Positions 25,960-40,303 of a DNA stretch of 64,000 nucleotides are shown here, piece after piece. The stretch spans positions 153,638,001-153,702,000 of the forward strand of contig NC_058368.1 in NCBI RefSeq assembly GCF_018350175.1, written 5' to 3'. Origin of the DNA: Felis catus. Lineage: Eukaryota. How positions within the stretch are numbered: position 1 is the first letter of the stretch; each line of letters begins with the position of its first letter. The position numbers and the translations under genes were made by a program. The notes below the pieces were generated by a model. The model made no database searches. It had not been told where the DNA came from and saw only the letters and a program-made list of their open reading frames with translations.

Positions 25960-27530
25960 CACTGAGGCCATATATTTTCTTCTAAATATGGTTTTAGCTT
26001 CATTCTCTAAATTTTGCTCTGTCAGCTGTGTTTTTCTTTATTGTGTACATAATAATGTTTAAAAATTTCCATTGAGATTTCTTCTTTGATTCAAGATCTT
26101 TTTGGAAGTATGTTTCTTTATTTCCAAATATTTGGAGATTTTTCTACCTTTTAGATGTGTATTTTTAAAATTAAAAATTTTCTCTGAGGGATATTAATAC
26201 TTTAAAATGTGTTGAGTCATGCTTTCTGGTACAGCACACAATTTTGGTAAATGTTCCACACGATTTGGAAAGAATATATATTCAGTAGTTATTGAATGCA
26301 TGTAAATTAGCTCAAGTTATTTCTTTTTTGTGTTTGCTAATGAAAAATTCTCTCACTTTTTTGTCTTAAAATATCTTAATTGCTCTGTTGATGGACACTT
26401 TTCGTGGTGTATGAAATTTTAACACCTTTGGCATGTTAAATCTCCTCATTGTTTTCTGCCTTCCATCATATCTGTTGGAAAGTCAGCAGAGAATGTCTTG
26501 AATACTAAAATTTTGAAAGCCTTGGTTCATCTCCAGTGTCTTTGGCCAGCTGTGATTTCAATATTTTCATATTATTTTATGGGTTTATTGGCTGGAGAAT
26601 TGGTTGGTTGACTATAAGCTGCTCTATCATAAATGGAAGTGGGATTGTATTTTTTTTTATAAGTCTTAGCATGTTTGTAGTATTCCCTACATGTGTATGG
26701 ATTGAAACAAGACATTGGTGTAAGTTTGGGAAGAGAAACATCATGGTAGAAAATACTCTACCTATGAAATAAATTTATGGTTCAAAATAAAGTAAACTCA
26801 ATAAGAAATGATATTGATCACTTGGAGGAATACAAGAAGAGAACATTTATTTGTCTTTGGTGCTAGGAGCATTCTCCTTCAAGGTGCCCAGAAGCCTGAT
26901 ATTTTACACATAGAGAAAAAAATGTAATGTTCATACAACATGTGGCCTTACAGTGAGAAAGCTAATGTTAAATATAGTTTATTGGCTTTAGAATTTTATA
27001 ATCAACCTATAGCCAAAGCATGATTGAAATATGTTATGGTTTAAAATTTCATTTAAATACAAACAACATGGACAATGTTAAAATCAAAAGTAAAGTATAA
27101 TTTTCAGAAGGAGAAAAATAAAAGGAAAATGTGAGGAAGGAAGGTACCATATCCTCATTTTACATAGCAAGAAGTCAAAGGAAGCTGGGATTAAAAAAAA
27201 AGTCTATAAGCATTATTAAATTTACCAAGTTACTTAATTAAAAAAAATGAAAATAATTGTCTAGGAAATATTTCGGGATAAGATGAGGAAGAGTAGATGA
27301 TCTCAACCCTTATATTTAATAGCAGGAATTAATTAGATATTATATGAAGTTAATAAAATAAGAATGGCATAAATGTCTTGTTTAAATTCACACAGTAGTC
27401 ATGTAAGGAATTCAAACCAAAAACAATTAGAAGGGGTTTAGTCTGAAAGATGAGGTGGGATGAAGGGGAAATAAGGTAGCCACAATTTGCTCCTTCACAT
27501 AAATTCTGGTTATTTTATCATCTTGTGCAT
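25960..27530. mobile_element. Highly decayed L1M fragments in both orientations
   Basis: tttccaaatatttggagatttt, aatgttccacacgatttggaaagaatatatattc, and A-rich L1ME-like segments. Confidence 0.55.
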
Positions 27531-28560
27531 GCAACTTAAAGGCTTTTATAACAATGTTTTATGAAAACACCAAACCTTTCTGATGTGGCGATTTCAGTAA
27601 ACCAAGCTAAAAACTATTCCATTTTAAGAGCAAGCTTGAGCCAAAAGGGATGCCAAGATTGGAACAAAGTAGAGACTAAGGAAGGACAAGCTTCTTTGTG
27701 CCTCTGACAGAAGGGCTACCTGAGGTAAGAATGAGAACCAGTGAAAGGCTAAGAGACTTCTGGAAAGACAAAAACATACACTAACTTGTCAAAAAACTCA
27801 TAAAGATATAACTCCTTTTAACCTCTTTAGGTTGTTAGAGTTTGTTTCTTTGAATGAGGTTCAGTGTAGGCTTGAGTTTACAAAGAATTGTTGGTTGTAT
27901 TTTGAATGCACCTAAGATTTTATTATGAAAATATATTTTTTTAAATTTCTCTGTTAATTCATAGTGTCATCATTTTTAACCAAGTGATTTTTCTCTTTAA
28001 ATTCCTTTATTGTCTGAACTTCCCTTTCTGTTTCAAGTCCATATCATGTTCCATTGCCAAATATGTCCTAGTAAAATAACTCTTTCATCATAGTAATTCC
28101 TTGTTCAGGAATTAAAAATGACTTTGTATGACATAATGAATTCAAAAGCATTATAATATGAATTGATGCTATTAATGAATTACATGGAGACAATAGCTAT
28201 AAACTAAGGATGTCTTGGACAGCCTGGGTGGGATATATGGTTACCTTCACTTTTAATCTTTGACTATCTGCAAGGATTAGATGTCTTTTTTTTCTTTTTT
28301 CAATGGCTTTTCTCCTGGGTTGGAATTCATCCTTTTAATCTTTTCTCTCTCTTTTCAAATCCATACTAATTTTCAAGAATAAGAAGTCCTCCCTAAAGCT
28401 TTCCTATTTGGTTCACACCTCTCTTCTTAAAACTTTCATCTCTGCTGCAACATATAGTAGTTCATTAAAGAAGTCTTATAGTGCTTTCCCACTGTTTTAT
28501 AGAAATGATTCCTGCTTTCCCAGAATCATAAAGTCCTTGACAACAAAGGTTGTTAAATTC

Positions 28561-28880
28561 TGTCTCTGTCAGGGCCCCAGAAAGAAGCAGTCAGCAGCCT
28601 GTAATGAGATATTTTAAGATATTTTAATGAAGGGACTCTTTGCAAAGGTGTAGACAAGAAACTCTATGTATGACACTGCATCCTGGGACTTTCAACAAAG
28701 GGTACTGTATCCCATGGTGGGCCTGATGGACAAGTAGAGGGAGCTGCTCCCAGAATGCAGACGGAGAGGGTTGTCAGACAGTAACTGTGGCTGGCACAGG
28801 AACACAGACACTAGGAAAGAGACCACATTACTAAGTACCCTGACCTTATTCATCTCCATAACTCCATGATGCTATTTCCA
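28561..28880. mobile_element. ERVL-class LTR relic (LTR67B-like)
   Basis: tgtctctgtcagggcccc...tttaatgaagggactctttgcaaaggtgt. Confidence 0.55.
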
Positions 28881-29165
28881 CCCCACTACCCCAACACTGG
28901 TGAGCTGCTACTTGGAGTGATGGCCAGTCCTATAAGCCTGGTATAACAGGGAGGTTACTGATACCCCACAGCTATGAAGTGAACCATCAGAAGTGGTGCT
29001 CAGCCACGCTTATCCCTTAACTTACCAGTTCATTTCCATTTTGGAAAGGGGTTTTATAATATTTTTCACATCAAAAAGCAGAATATAGGACTCAAGCTGA
29101 TAATCCATAAATATCTGCTGACGGATTTTTGATATCATATCAACTTTTGACATTTTATGATTTTA

Positions 29166-29390
29166 TTTGATTTTTTAAAAAATTTTAAATGTTTATTTAT
29201 TTTTGAGAGAGAGGGAGAGACAGCGTGAGCAGGGGAGGGGCAGAGAGAGAGGAAGACATAGAATCCGAAGCAGGCTCCAGGCTCAGAGCTGACAGCAGAG
29301 AGCCTGAGGCGGGACTCGAACTCACGAACCGCAAGGTCATGACCTGAGCAGAAGTTGGATGCTCAGCCGGCTAAGCCACACAAGTACCCC
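29166..29390 (-). mobile_element. Can-SINE
   Basis: 17-bp TSD gaYattttatgatttta. Confidence 0.96.
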
Positions 29391-31994
29391 GATATTTTAT
29401 GATTTTAAAACATTACTTGGAATTTTAATTTTATTACTCTCTTTTATACAAAAACAAGAAACTGAGTAATTTCCCAGCTCTCACAATTAATATTTTAATA
29501 CTAAACATAAAATAACAAATTCACCTTTAGAGTTATTTATTTCATGTTTCTTCCCACTGTTCATTGGTCTATTTGGGGAAAAAATATGCTCAGTGTTAAT
29601 ATACACTCTAGGGTTTACAGATCACTTTAATATATATCACCTTTTGCATCTTTGACTCTTGTCTTTGAGTTCACTACAAACAATTCTCTTTAAACATATT
29701 TTGTATTATTTTTAAGTTATTTTTTCTACACTGGTGCAATTTCTGTTGATGATAAACATGAGGCTAATGTCTTACAGATTTCACTCCCTTCTTCATTGGC
29801 TCCACAGATTATTCTTGGCCTCCAGAAAGGTGTGGAAGCTTTTTGAAAGATGCATTTGTTTAAAGCATCTCTATAGTTTTAATTCATCTTCCTTTTTCTT
29901 GTGTCACTTTTTATTTAGACATTTTATAGTTAGTATCTGTGAAAGCAAACTTGCTTATAGTCTTTCAGTGCCAGCCACATTTTATGAAAAATTTTTACTC
30001 ACAAGGAAGGTTAAAAGGCACAAAGATTTATTCTCTTCTGCTCTTTGCATCATGTACATGAGGTTACCATGCTGCTTTATCCCAGTCTGAAGTAACAGAC
30101 TTGATATAGCTTGATGCTTGGTTCATTTTAAATAGATATCCTATTTAATAGCAATGTTGAGAAACTCCTGCCAAGTTTAATAGGCATACATGCTTTCAGG
30201 TAAATAGAGCTCATAACTTTACAGCCAAGAACAGCAGGGGTTGAGTCAACTAAATTTTTTATTATAGTCATTTAGAAATTCATTTAAATATTGCTCATCA
30301 GCATCTATTGATCTCAACATTTTTCATACAGCCGGAGAGGCTGGTATACATGCAAACCTAATGTATTAGAATCTATCAGATTGTTCATGAAAATTTCCTG
30401 GTACAATGTGCTGATTTCATTCTATGATTTGTTTTAGGCTGTAGCAGTACTGAAGTAAATTCCATTTTAACTTAGACTGATGCATCTTGTTTAGTTCTAG
30501 TTACTTGGAGCTGATTGGTGTAATGAATTTCTCCCTTATTGATCCACAAGTTAATCATTTCAAAGTCAATAAGTTTATGTGCATAATAATACAAATACAC
30601 ATTTCTGTTGTTTCTAGTTCAGTACATTCTTGCAGAAAGAAGTGGTTTTGCTGCTTAATGAATGAACATCACTGTTTAGAACTAAGATGGTAAATGTTCA
30701 TCTTCACTGGGTTAATGAATAATATTAAACCAGCTTAATCTGGCATGTTTATATTCTGTGATACAAATATAAATTTGGGGATATATCCTGTCTTATGTTG
30801 CTCAAAAACGTTGCATTTTCTACGATTTTTCATGTGAAAGAGTGTGAGAATTTTTAGTGCTCTCTATGAATTTATGAATATTTGGCATGTATACAATTCA
30901 TACAGTGTTCTTTTCCACCCAGAAAGAAAAGAAACTTTGCCCTCTTAAACCCTCGTGACCAGTCATAAACTTCAATGTTTCAAACAAACATATTTCAAAG
31001 AAAACATAGAAATACCTGCTGGACTTTATAGATGTCATTGATTAGAAATAGTATTATTAAAAAAACAAGCTGTGATTAATTTTTGGTGTTGGTAAAGAAC
31101 CTACCTTCAATCTCTTTATAATAGCACTGAAATTTAATTAAAGGACAACATATTTAGGTCATTACAGATCCAGAGTCATTGGCTCTGTTATGACATATTT
31201 GGCACTCTCTACCCTGTGTTATGATGTATGTTGAAGGTTGTGGAGCATTAAGTTTCATACCCATCCTAAAGCACTCTGGACCTCTTGATGAAGTTATGAA
31301 GACAAACTAGAAACAACTGCTTCAGTGGTATAAGGTTTATCATACTGTATTATAAATGACCATTTCCATGTCCATATATTCCAAGACTCCAAAATTTTCA
31401 GACGAATTCCTAGAAAGGATTTCTATGTTTTTTTCTCCATTACTTATTTCTGAATTTAGCACAGTGCCCAGCACCGTACAAGTACTCAGTAAATCATTCA
31501 TTCCTTACTGAAGGCTTGTTATAAAGTGCCTACCATAAGTGATACACAAGAAAGGTTATAGTGAGTAATATGCAAACATACCACTTAAGGTAAACTAGTT
31601 GTTGAGATGGTGAATATGCAAAAAAGGCACACGCTCTGAATGATTAGTTCCAAATACCTGTGTCCTCTGTGGATCAGTCAGAGAGAGACCTACCTCACTT
31701 TAGGCTGGAAAAGGATTCACCATGGAGGAAGAATCTGAGCAGATTGCTTAAGAATAGTTTGTACCTACCATTAGCTCCATGTTGCTTAAGCACAGGAATT
31801 TTATGATTATTTGTGTATGTATTCCTACTGCCTACCACACTGGTAAAAAAGTAGGTATTTCATGAATGTCTGCTGAAAGCCAGTTAGATGAAGATGGCAG
31901 GATGTATTTTATAGGTCAGAGCATGAGGTATACAGAGTTAGAAATTGCATGGTCTATTTAGGCAAGGAAGAGCTATTATGCCATCTAGCTATAG

Positions 31995-32181
31995 CACGAG
32001 GCAATTGTGGCTTGAAGAACAGTCCACAGATGGAGAATGCAGATTCTAGTCATGACAGCAAACTGTGGCTCTGTAAACTCAGGGAAACTCCTTAACCTCT
32101 CCGAGTCTCAAATGTTAATCCATAAAATGAGAAATAGTATGTCTAACACCAAGTTTGTTTTGAGAATTAAGGTACTATATA
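31995..32181 (+). mobile_element. MIR
   Basis: MIR core cttaacctctccgagtctcaaatgttaatccataaaatgagaaatagta. Confidence 0.75.
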
Positions 32182-32499
32182 TGTTACGGGCTGCATGTTT
32201 GTGTGTCCTTTGCAAACTTTATATCATGTAATCATAAAATGGTATTAGGATGTGGTGCTTTTGGACACTATTAGTTATTAGGAAACATAAATGAAATTAG
32301 GGCCCTTATAAGAAGAGACAGGAGAGAGTTCTCTCTCTTTCTCAGTCTCTGTGTTTATGTCTCTCTCTCTCTCTTTCTCTTTCTCTCTGCCAGCACCTTG
32401 ATCTTGGACTTCGCAGTCTTTAGAAATTTGAGAAATAAATGTTTGCTGTTTAAGCTATGTAGTCTGTGGTATTTTTTCATAGCAGCCTGAAATAAGACA
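32182..32499 (+). mobile_element. MLT1A-like MaLR solo LTR, internally deleted
   Basis: tgttacgggctgcatgtttgtgt...gccagcaccttgatcttggactt...agcagcctgaaataagaca. Confidence 0.85.
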
Positions 32500-32540
32500 G
32501 GTTGTCACAATGCCTAATTAGGTGCCTAGTATGGAAAGTT

Positions 32541-32740
32541 TTTTTTAAATGTTTCATTTATTTATTTTGAGAGAGAAAGAGAGAGAAAGAGGCAGAGAAA
32601 GAGGGAGAGAGAGAATCCTAAGTGGGCTCTACAGTCAGCACCGGGCCCAACACAGGGCTTAAACTCACGAACTGTGAGATTATGACTTGAGCCAAAATCA
32701 AGAGTCTGAACACATAACTGACCGAGCCATCCATGCACCT
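32541..32740 (-). mobile_element. Can-SINE
   Basis: Body match; degenerate TSD agtatggNNagtt. Confidence 0.93.
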
Positions 32741-32757
32741 CAGTATGGGTAGTTCTT

Positions 32758-32921
32758 CTTCTTTTTTTAAATATGAAACTTACTGTCAAATTGGTTTCCA
32801 TACAACACCTCATCCCAACAGGAGCCCTCCTCAGTGCCCATCACCCATCCTCCCTTCCCTCCCACCCCCCATCAACCCTCAGTTTATTCTTAGTTTTTAA
32901 GAGTCTCTTATGGTTTGGCTC
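32758..32921 (-). mobile_element. Extremely 5'-truncated feline L1 (3'UTR only)
   Basis: gtcaaattggtttccatacaacacc...agagtctcttatggtttggctc; TSD tgggWagttctt. Confidence 0.9.
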
Positions 32922-33439
32922 TGGGAAGTTCTTAATCAAAAAAAAATAATGCAATATGAAAGTGGAGAAAGGATATTGAACCTATGTGGTATTTGGTTCT
33001 AGGATAGTTTTATGGTACTTAAAAATTGATCTACAGCTCTGCTGGGGGCCCCTCCAACAATGTGTTAGCACCATTAGAAAAAAATCTTTATGTCTTGTAA
33101 GAAGTGGGCTCCTGGTGTTCTTCCAGACATCATTATAATTTTGTTTCCCCAGCCTTGATTTACCATGAGACTGCACTTTTCCTTGATATCTAGGGTTTTA
33201 TCAGCCAGCAGGAGTTTGGCAGTTTGGGTATGTGGCTCTGGGGGTCCTCACTGAAGACATACATGGTTGAAAGAATAACGGTTTTCTCTTCAACCTCTGG
33301 AACATATGGTAACTCCTGGACTTCACTCATGGAGTTCATGTGAAACTCACAGGCATGGCTTTAAGATAATCTATAATTATCAGATCATTGTGGCTATATC
33401 ATTTGACACTGGATGAAATGTGCACTGCAGAGAAAGTCA

Positions 33440-33892
33440 ACATGCTGGATGTTTTCCATGTGCCCCTGTGGATTTATGTTCTACCTGTCTCTACTCTGTA
33501 CCATGACCTCACCTGGGTTTCCTTGACCTCTGGCTTTCAGTTGGTTTTCCAATGGAATACAGTGTGGAGTGTTGACAGGTGGAGGAGAAAATAGATGTGG
33601 TATTTATTCCATCTGTTTTACCCCAAGAGGCTAAGAACTGTTTTTTTTCCCCCTATACTAAGGCCATGGCTCCTGTTCGGCAAACCCTCCACCCGAGTTC
33701 TGGTAACCCCTTTGTCTCCTTGCCCTTTCAAGTTCAGGTGTAGAATGGCTTACTGCTTTTATGGGGACTTGGGTCCTTCATCCTCTGTATTAGTTTCCTT
33801 AACCCTGTTCAAATCTTTGTCAATTGTTCTTTCATTATCATTTTGAATAGTTAACTATTTTCTGAGTCCAAAGTTTGGATTCTGACCAATAC
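33440..33892 (+). mobile_element. LTR33-like ERVL solo LTR
   Basis: ccttgacctctggctttcagttggttttccaatgg...ggtatttattcc...gtttccttaaccctg. Confidence 0.75.
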
Positions 33893-35865
33893 CTATACTT
33901 AATTAGTATCAATAACACTACTAAATAATATTAGTACAGTATTCCTTGAGTAGTACTGTTTGGTAACAGGTTGCCCTCAACCTGGCAGACCCATCATCAG
34001 AGTTGAGAGGGAAGCTTAGCTCTACTTGTATATATGCAATATTGAGTTTTGCATATTTTTCTTAATACCTGCTTATTACATATTAGTACAATCTTAAAAG
34101 AGGTAGCATTTAGATTTTATTTACTCTTTACTTAGAGGAGCATATTTGAAAATGTTAAAAGTAATTGGAGGGATGCTGGAAATCAAATTTAATTACACAT
34201 TGAAATGAGCAGCTAGCTGCCAGGTTTGGCATGAACAAATGTTTGTTCCAGATAAAAAGTAGATTTCTGTAGAGGTGTTAAGAAGATGTCACTCTGTGAT
34301 CACCCATTTTCACAGTTTAAAGTTTTGCCTCAAGTTTTGGCTTTTTACTAAACTTGGTTCAAATGAAAAGCTTTTTCCTTTCAGCTTTTAGGTTTATGCT
34401 TGAAATATTACTATGTCTGTATATGTTTGCTTTATGTTTGATCTAGAAACACAGTGAGAGATGCATCATTAGGGTGTTAAGAGTACATTTATTAGTGAGT
34501 AAAAGATGGAATGAGGATGTTCTTGGATATTTATATTTGTTGACAAAAGCCACATGATGTGAATTTATATTGTATTCAAGATGAAGCCATCATTAAGCAT
34601 GATTAGAATTTATGTGAAAATGAGACAGATAGAAGAAATAAATTGTTGGTTTGAACAAAGTGTTATCTTTTTCTTTGAGGGAACATATTCCAATGCTTTT
34701 GTTTGTTATTCTCATTTCAGCAAGATGTATTCTTGAGTGACAGATGATTATTTGACAAAGAAATTTTGATTTTAAACAGAATGATCTAATACCACATTTT
34801 GAAGGCGATGGTATTTAATGTTCTATATTAAAGTATATATCATATTATTAAAAACATTATAGCTTCCCTCTCCTGTGTTGTCTTGGTCCATGCTGACAGC
34901 AAAAGGATAAATACAGTGCAACCAGGGTTCCTTTGGTAATACCATAAACATGACACATGTCATCCTATGATAAATTGGCTCTGTGTCTGTTCAATTTCAA
35001 ATCAAAAGCTCTGGAGGCAGAAGTGTTAGGAAGCAGGCATAATTCTGGCATACAGAGGCCTCAGATGCACAAAATTAGTGTGCATGGAACAGATAACAGA
35101 GAAAGAGATCCACAGTGAGAGGAAGTTTGCACAGGTTTGTGGACTTCCTGGGGTTTAGGTAGTATTGGCAGATGTTAGGTGGGGAAAAAACATCTGTAAG
35201 CATGATAATGAGCATTCTCAGAATCTGAAGTGACAACTGTATCCAGCACAAATGCTTTCTTGTTGCCCTATTTGCATACCAATTAAATTTTAAAATAAAG
35301 AAACAAATATTGGGTTACTGAATTTGTTTGACAAATAATCTGTAGGGCTTACTCAATACAACTGGGTCAGGCATGTTGGCTGTTTGACAGATGTTGTATC
35401 TATGAAAGATTTAAGCAAAAAATGTATCCAGATTGTTACCACCCACAGTTTTATAAGTAGAAATTTGAAACGGGTTAGAGATGGTTTGATACCCTGAGGC
35501 GGCCACAATGGAGTGCTTTTTCTCTGTGCTCGGCTAATGCATTCAATAGGTGATATTTCACATTTGGTTTTCAAAGTAGGAAGTTTTAAAAAATAAAGTC
35601 ATAAATTTAACATTGCATTTTTTGATATCTAGTTTTTTAGATTTAAATTGTACATTATACATTAAGAATTTGGATTTATTTATTTATTTTTTTGGTGTAA
35701 GCACAACTTTTTAAAAAGTGTTATATCAGCTTCACATGTAAAACCTAGTGATTCAACAATTCCAATCATCACCTAGTATTTATCATGCCTTCACCTACTT
35801 AACTCAAACTTCCACCCCTCTCCCCGCTGGAAACATCACTTTTTCCCTCTTATAATTAAGAGTCT

Positions 35866-36005
35866 GAGGGCACCTGAGTGGCTCAGTCAGTTAAATGTTT
35901 GGCTCTTGGTTTGGCTCAGGTCATGACCTCATGTTTTGGTTAGTGAGTCTGAGACCCCCTTTGGGCTCCACGTTCTCTCTCTCAAAATAAGTAAATAAAC
36001 TTAAA
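35866..36005 (+). mobile_element. Internally deleted Can-SINE inside L1
   Basis: gagggcacctgagtggctcagtcagttaa head joined to (CT)n and A-tail. Confidence 0.85.
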
Positions 36006-36209
36006 AACGTAGTTTGTTATTTGGTTTATCTTTGTTTCTTACTTTTTTTTCTCTTTGCTATTTGTTTTGTTTCTTAAATTCCACATATGAGTAAAATCAT
36101 ATGGTATTTGTCTTTGACTTATTTTGCTTAGCATTATACTCTTTAGCTCCATCCACGATGTTGCAAATGGCAAGATTTCATTCTGTTTTATGGTTGAGTA
36201 ATATTCCAT

Positions 36210-36252
<43 letters not shown>

Positions 36253-36381
36253 ATATATATATACACACACCATGTCTTCTTTACCCATCAGTCAATGGAT
36301 ACTTGGGTTGCTTCCATATCTTGGCTATTGTAAATTATGCCACTATAAACATAGGGGTGCACTTTTGAATTAGTTTTTTTT

Positions 36382-36616
36382 TCCTATTTATTTATTTTTT
36401 TAATTTTTTTTTTCAACGTTTATTTATTTTTGGGACAGAGAGAGACAGAGCATGAACGGGCGAGGGGCAGAGAGAGAGGGAGACACAGAATCGGAAACAG
36501 GCTCCAGGCTCTGAGCCATCAGCCCAGAGCCAGACGCGGGGCTCAAACTCAGGGACCGCGAGATCCTGACCTGGCTGAAGTCGGACGCTTAACCGACTGC
36601 GCCACCCAGGCGCCCC
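36382..36616 (-). mobile_element. Young feline SINE inside L1
   Basis: Near-consensus with CpGs retained; TSD ttgaattagtttttttt. Confidence 0.96.
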
Positions 36617-37121
36617 TTGAATTAGTTTTTTTTGTTCTTTGGATAATTACCAGTAGTGCAATGGCTGGATCATAAGGTAATTCTATTTTTAACTTCTTGA
36701 GGAACCTCCATACTGTTTTCCACAGTGGCTATACCAGTTTGCATTCCCACCCAACACTACAAGATGGTTCCCCTTTCTCCACAACCTCGCCAGCACCTGT
36801 TCTTGTGTTGTTGATTTTAGCCATTTTGACAGGTATATGGTGATATCGAATTATAATTTTGATTTGTATTTCCCTGATGATCAGTGATGATAAACATCTT
36901 TTCCTCTGTCTGTTGGCCATCCAGATGTCTTCTGTGGCAGAATGTCTCTTTGTGTCTTCTGCCCATTTTTTAATTGGGTTATTTGTTTTCTGGATGTTGT
37001 GTTATATCATATGTTACTTATATATTTTGGATACTAACCCTTTATCAGGTATATAATTTGCAAATATCTCTTCTCATTCCACAGGTTGCCTTTTAGTTTT
37101 GTGTGTGTGTGTGTGTGTATG

Positions 37122-37159
<38 letters not shown>

Positions 37160-37175
37160 TATACATATGTATATA

Positions 37176-37218
<43 letters not shown>

Positions 37219-39359
37219 TTTTGTGCAGCAACTTTTTATTGTGATGTGGTCCCAATAGTTTATTTTTGGTTTTGTTTTTGCCTCAGGGGGCATATCTAGA
37301 AAAAAGTTGCTGTAGCCAATAGCAAACCAAAGAGGTTACTGCCTATGTTCTCTTCTAGGCTTCACGTCTCACATTTAGGTCTTTTATTCATTTCGAATTT
37401 ACTTTTGTGTAGGTTGTAAGAGAGTGGTCCAGTTTCATTCTTTTGCATGTTGCTGTCCAGTTTTTGCAACACCAATTGTTGAGACACCATCCTTTTTCCA
37501 TTGGATATTCTTTCCTGCTTTGTTGAAAATTAATTGACCATATAATTGTGGGTTTATTTCTAGACTTCCTATTTTGTTCTATTGATCTATGTGTCTGTTT
37601 CTGTGCCAGTACCATACTGTTTTGATTACTGTACCTTTATAATATAACGTGAAGTCAGGAATTGTGAGGCCTCCCCTTGGCTTTTCTTTTTCAAGATTGC
37701 TTTGGTTATGGTTCCATACAAATTTTAGAATTGTTTGTTCTAGGTCTGTGAAAAATGCTGATGGTATTTTGCTAGAGATGGCATTAATGTAGACTGCTTT
37801 GGATGATACAGACATATTAACAATATTTGTTCTTCTGATCTGTGAATATGGAATGTCTTTCCATTTCTTTGTGTCATCTTCAGTTTCATCAGTGTTTTAT
37901 ATAGTTTTCAGAGGACATGTCTTTCATCTTTTTGGTTAGGTTTATTCCTAGGTATCTTGTTACTTTTGGTGCAGTTATAAATGGGATTGTTTTCTTAATT
38001 TCTCTTTCTGCTGCTTCATTATTGGTATATAGAAATACAACAGGTTGGTGTAGATTGATTTTGTATCCTGCGACTTTATTGAATTTGTTTATCAATTCTA
38101 GTAGTTTTTTTTGGTGGAGCCTTTCGGGTTGTTTATGTATAGTATCATGTCATTTGCAAATAGTGAAAGTTCTACTTCTTCCTTACCAATTTGATTACCT
38201 TTTATTGCTTTTGGTGTCTGATTGCTGTGATGAGGGCTTCCAGCACTGTGTTGAATAGAAGGGGTAAGAGTGGACATTCTTGTCTTGTTCTGATCTTAGG
38301 AGAAAATTTCTCAGTTTTCCCCTATTGTGGATGATGTTAGCTGTGGGTTTTCACATATGGCCTTTATTATGTTGAAGTATGTTTCCCCTAAACCTACTTT
38401 TCTGAGGGTTTTAATCCTTAATGGATGTGGAATTTGATTTTTTTAAGACTTAATTTCAATTTTTTATAGTCATCAGAACCTAAGGACATGGCTATATGCA
38501 ATGAAATTGTCAATATGCAATGAAGTTTTTTTCTAGAAGCTTGAAAAGTTGAACAACCAATATGTATACTCCAAAATTCTGGGTATTTTCAGATATATTC
38601 CACAATTTCTGGATTTTGAGATAAAGTATGCATTATGTTTAAAAACATGCCTTTGAAAGAAGAAATTTATTGTCTTTTAGATGTGACATATTCAATAGAT
38701 CAGTAAGATTCTAATACGGTGTCAATTTAATAAACAGAGTATCTGCTAGGTACCAAGTACAGTGTTAAGTCCTATTGGTATAAACATGAATAAGACATGC
38801 TCCGGGATCTTAAAAACCTTATACCCTTCCTTGGAAAACAGACACAAACATTATTTCAGTATAATTGATATGCAGAGAGGAAAAGTAACATACTATAAAT
38901 CTTCTCGGAGTTTACATATGAAAATTCTTCTGGGAAGTTAGATACCAATTCATCTTTGTTCTACACAATGGACATTTTTTTGAAATGTGTACAAATCAAA
39001 CATGTAAATTGAATCATATTTGCCTTGATTAATGCTTCAGAAACACTTTTATTGCTATTTGCATGTTTTTTTCATTTGGTTTATTTTCAATTGGTGTTGG
39101 ATTCTCCTGTTGAAATTCTATCTCTCTTCCTTCTAGTTTTTCTGTCAAGCAGTTACTCATTTTAAACCTATAAATCCGCTGGAAGTACTTGTGATTTGAA
39201 GGACCCCTGAGGTGAATCATTATTTAAACTGAAAATTGCTTTGCTCGAGCAAAAGTTACTTTTATCTATTTTGCAAAAATAACTATCCAAAATATTTTCT
39301 TCAGACGCAGTATTCAAGTCAAACAAAGTTAGCTTTGGTGAATAGTTTCTCATCATTAT

Positions 39360-39960
39360 ACATTCAACCAGCATTTATTGAGATGCTATCGAGTATTAGG
39401 GTAATAGACTATATGAGACTTTTTCTCCTCTCAAATAATTCATGCTACCGTGGCAGACGTAGACTAAGAAGCACTGGAGTATAATGTCATAATAGCAGTA
39501 TACTCCAGGTACTTTGCCAGCTAAGAGAACCTAAGAACAATCAAGGGACAGTAGGAGGAGGAGAGACATAAAACAGGCATCCCAGAGAGGGTGGCCCATG
39601 AACTGCTTCTTGAGGAAGGAGTAAATGAAGGTGGATGGAGGCTGATACCACATTACAGGTAGAGAATAACTTTTGCAACAGCATGGCAAATTCAGAGTGT
39701 GGCATAATAAGGGAAATTACCAGGGAGTCTTTCTGGTCTGCGTTCTATTTTAAAGTGTGCCTAGGAAGGTAGAGGGAGAGATGAGGCTGAAAAGATGAGA
39801 CATTAAAGGGCCTTATATGCTATATTAAGTAAGGAAAATCACTTTATCCTAAAGGGATGTGTGGGTCACTTCTGTATTTAAACAGAATTACATTGTCTTA
39901 TTTATATTTTAGAAATAGTACTCTAACAGCAGTTAATGGTCTAGAATCGCTGGAAAAGGC
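39360..39960 (-). mobile_element. L2 relic
   Basis: cattcaaccagcatttattgag tail followed by L2-like purine-rich body. Confidence 0.6.
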
Positions 39961-40303
39961 GATCTAAGAAATGAAAAAAAATTAGTTGAAAAAATCCTCA
40001 ATGCGTCTGTGCTTTCCAAACAAAGCATTTTCAAAGAGCATAATTAGGTTTTAACCACATTATTTTTATTGGACAAATTAGGCTGGACGTTCACAAAAGC
40101 TTTCCTGTTAGCCTGGTTTCTTGTTTCCAGTTGGCATTCCTAATCTAAAAGTGCTTCCTTAGGGCTGAGAGTCACACTGGAAATTTTAGCTCAGGTTGGG
40201 CATGGACTTCTCTTGGCTGGTCTAGCCTCTGGCCGACAACCCCTACTCGGCCTCAGGAGGGGAAAGACTCCCAGAGGCCAGACAGTTCTGCTTCTTTTTG
40301 CAG

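Larger units (their letters stand above)
35680..38430 (-). mobile_element. 5'-truncated carnivore L1 (~2.7 kb including nested SINEs and microsatellites)
   Basis: RT fragments INKFNKVAGYKIN...RYLGINLTK and [15 protein letters not shown]; (TG)n(TA)n at 37100-37213. Confidence 0.95.

Noticed and set aside
40220..40283. Hammerhead ribozyme interpretation of the three-way junction
   Set aside because: Lacks the CUGANGA, GAAA and UH core set; kept only as an unexplained structure
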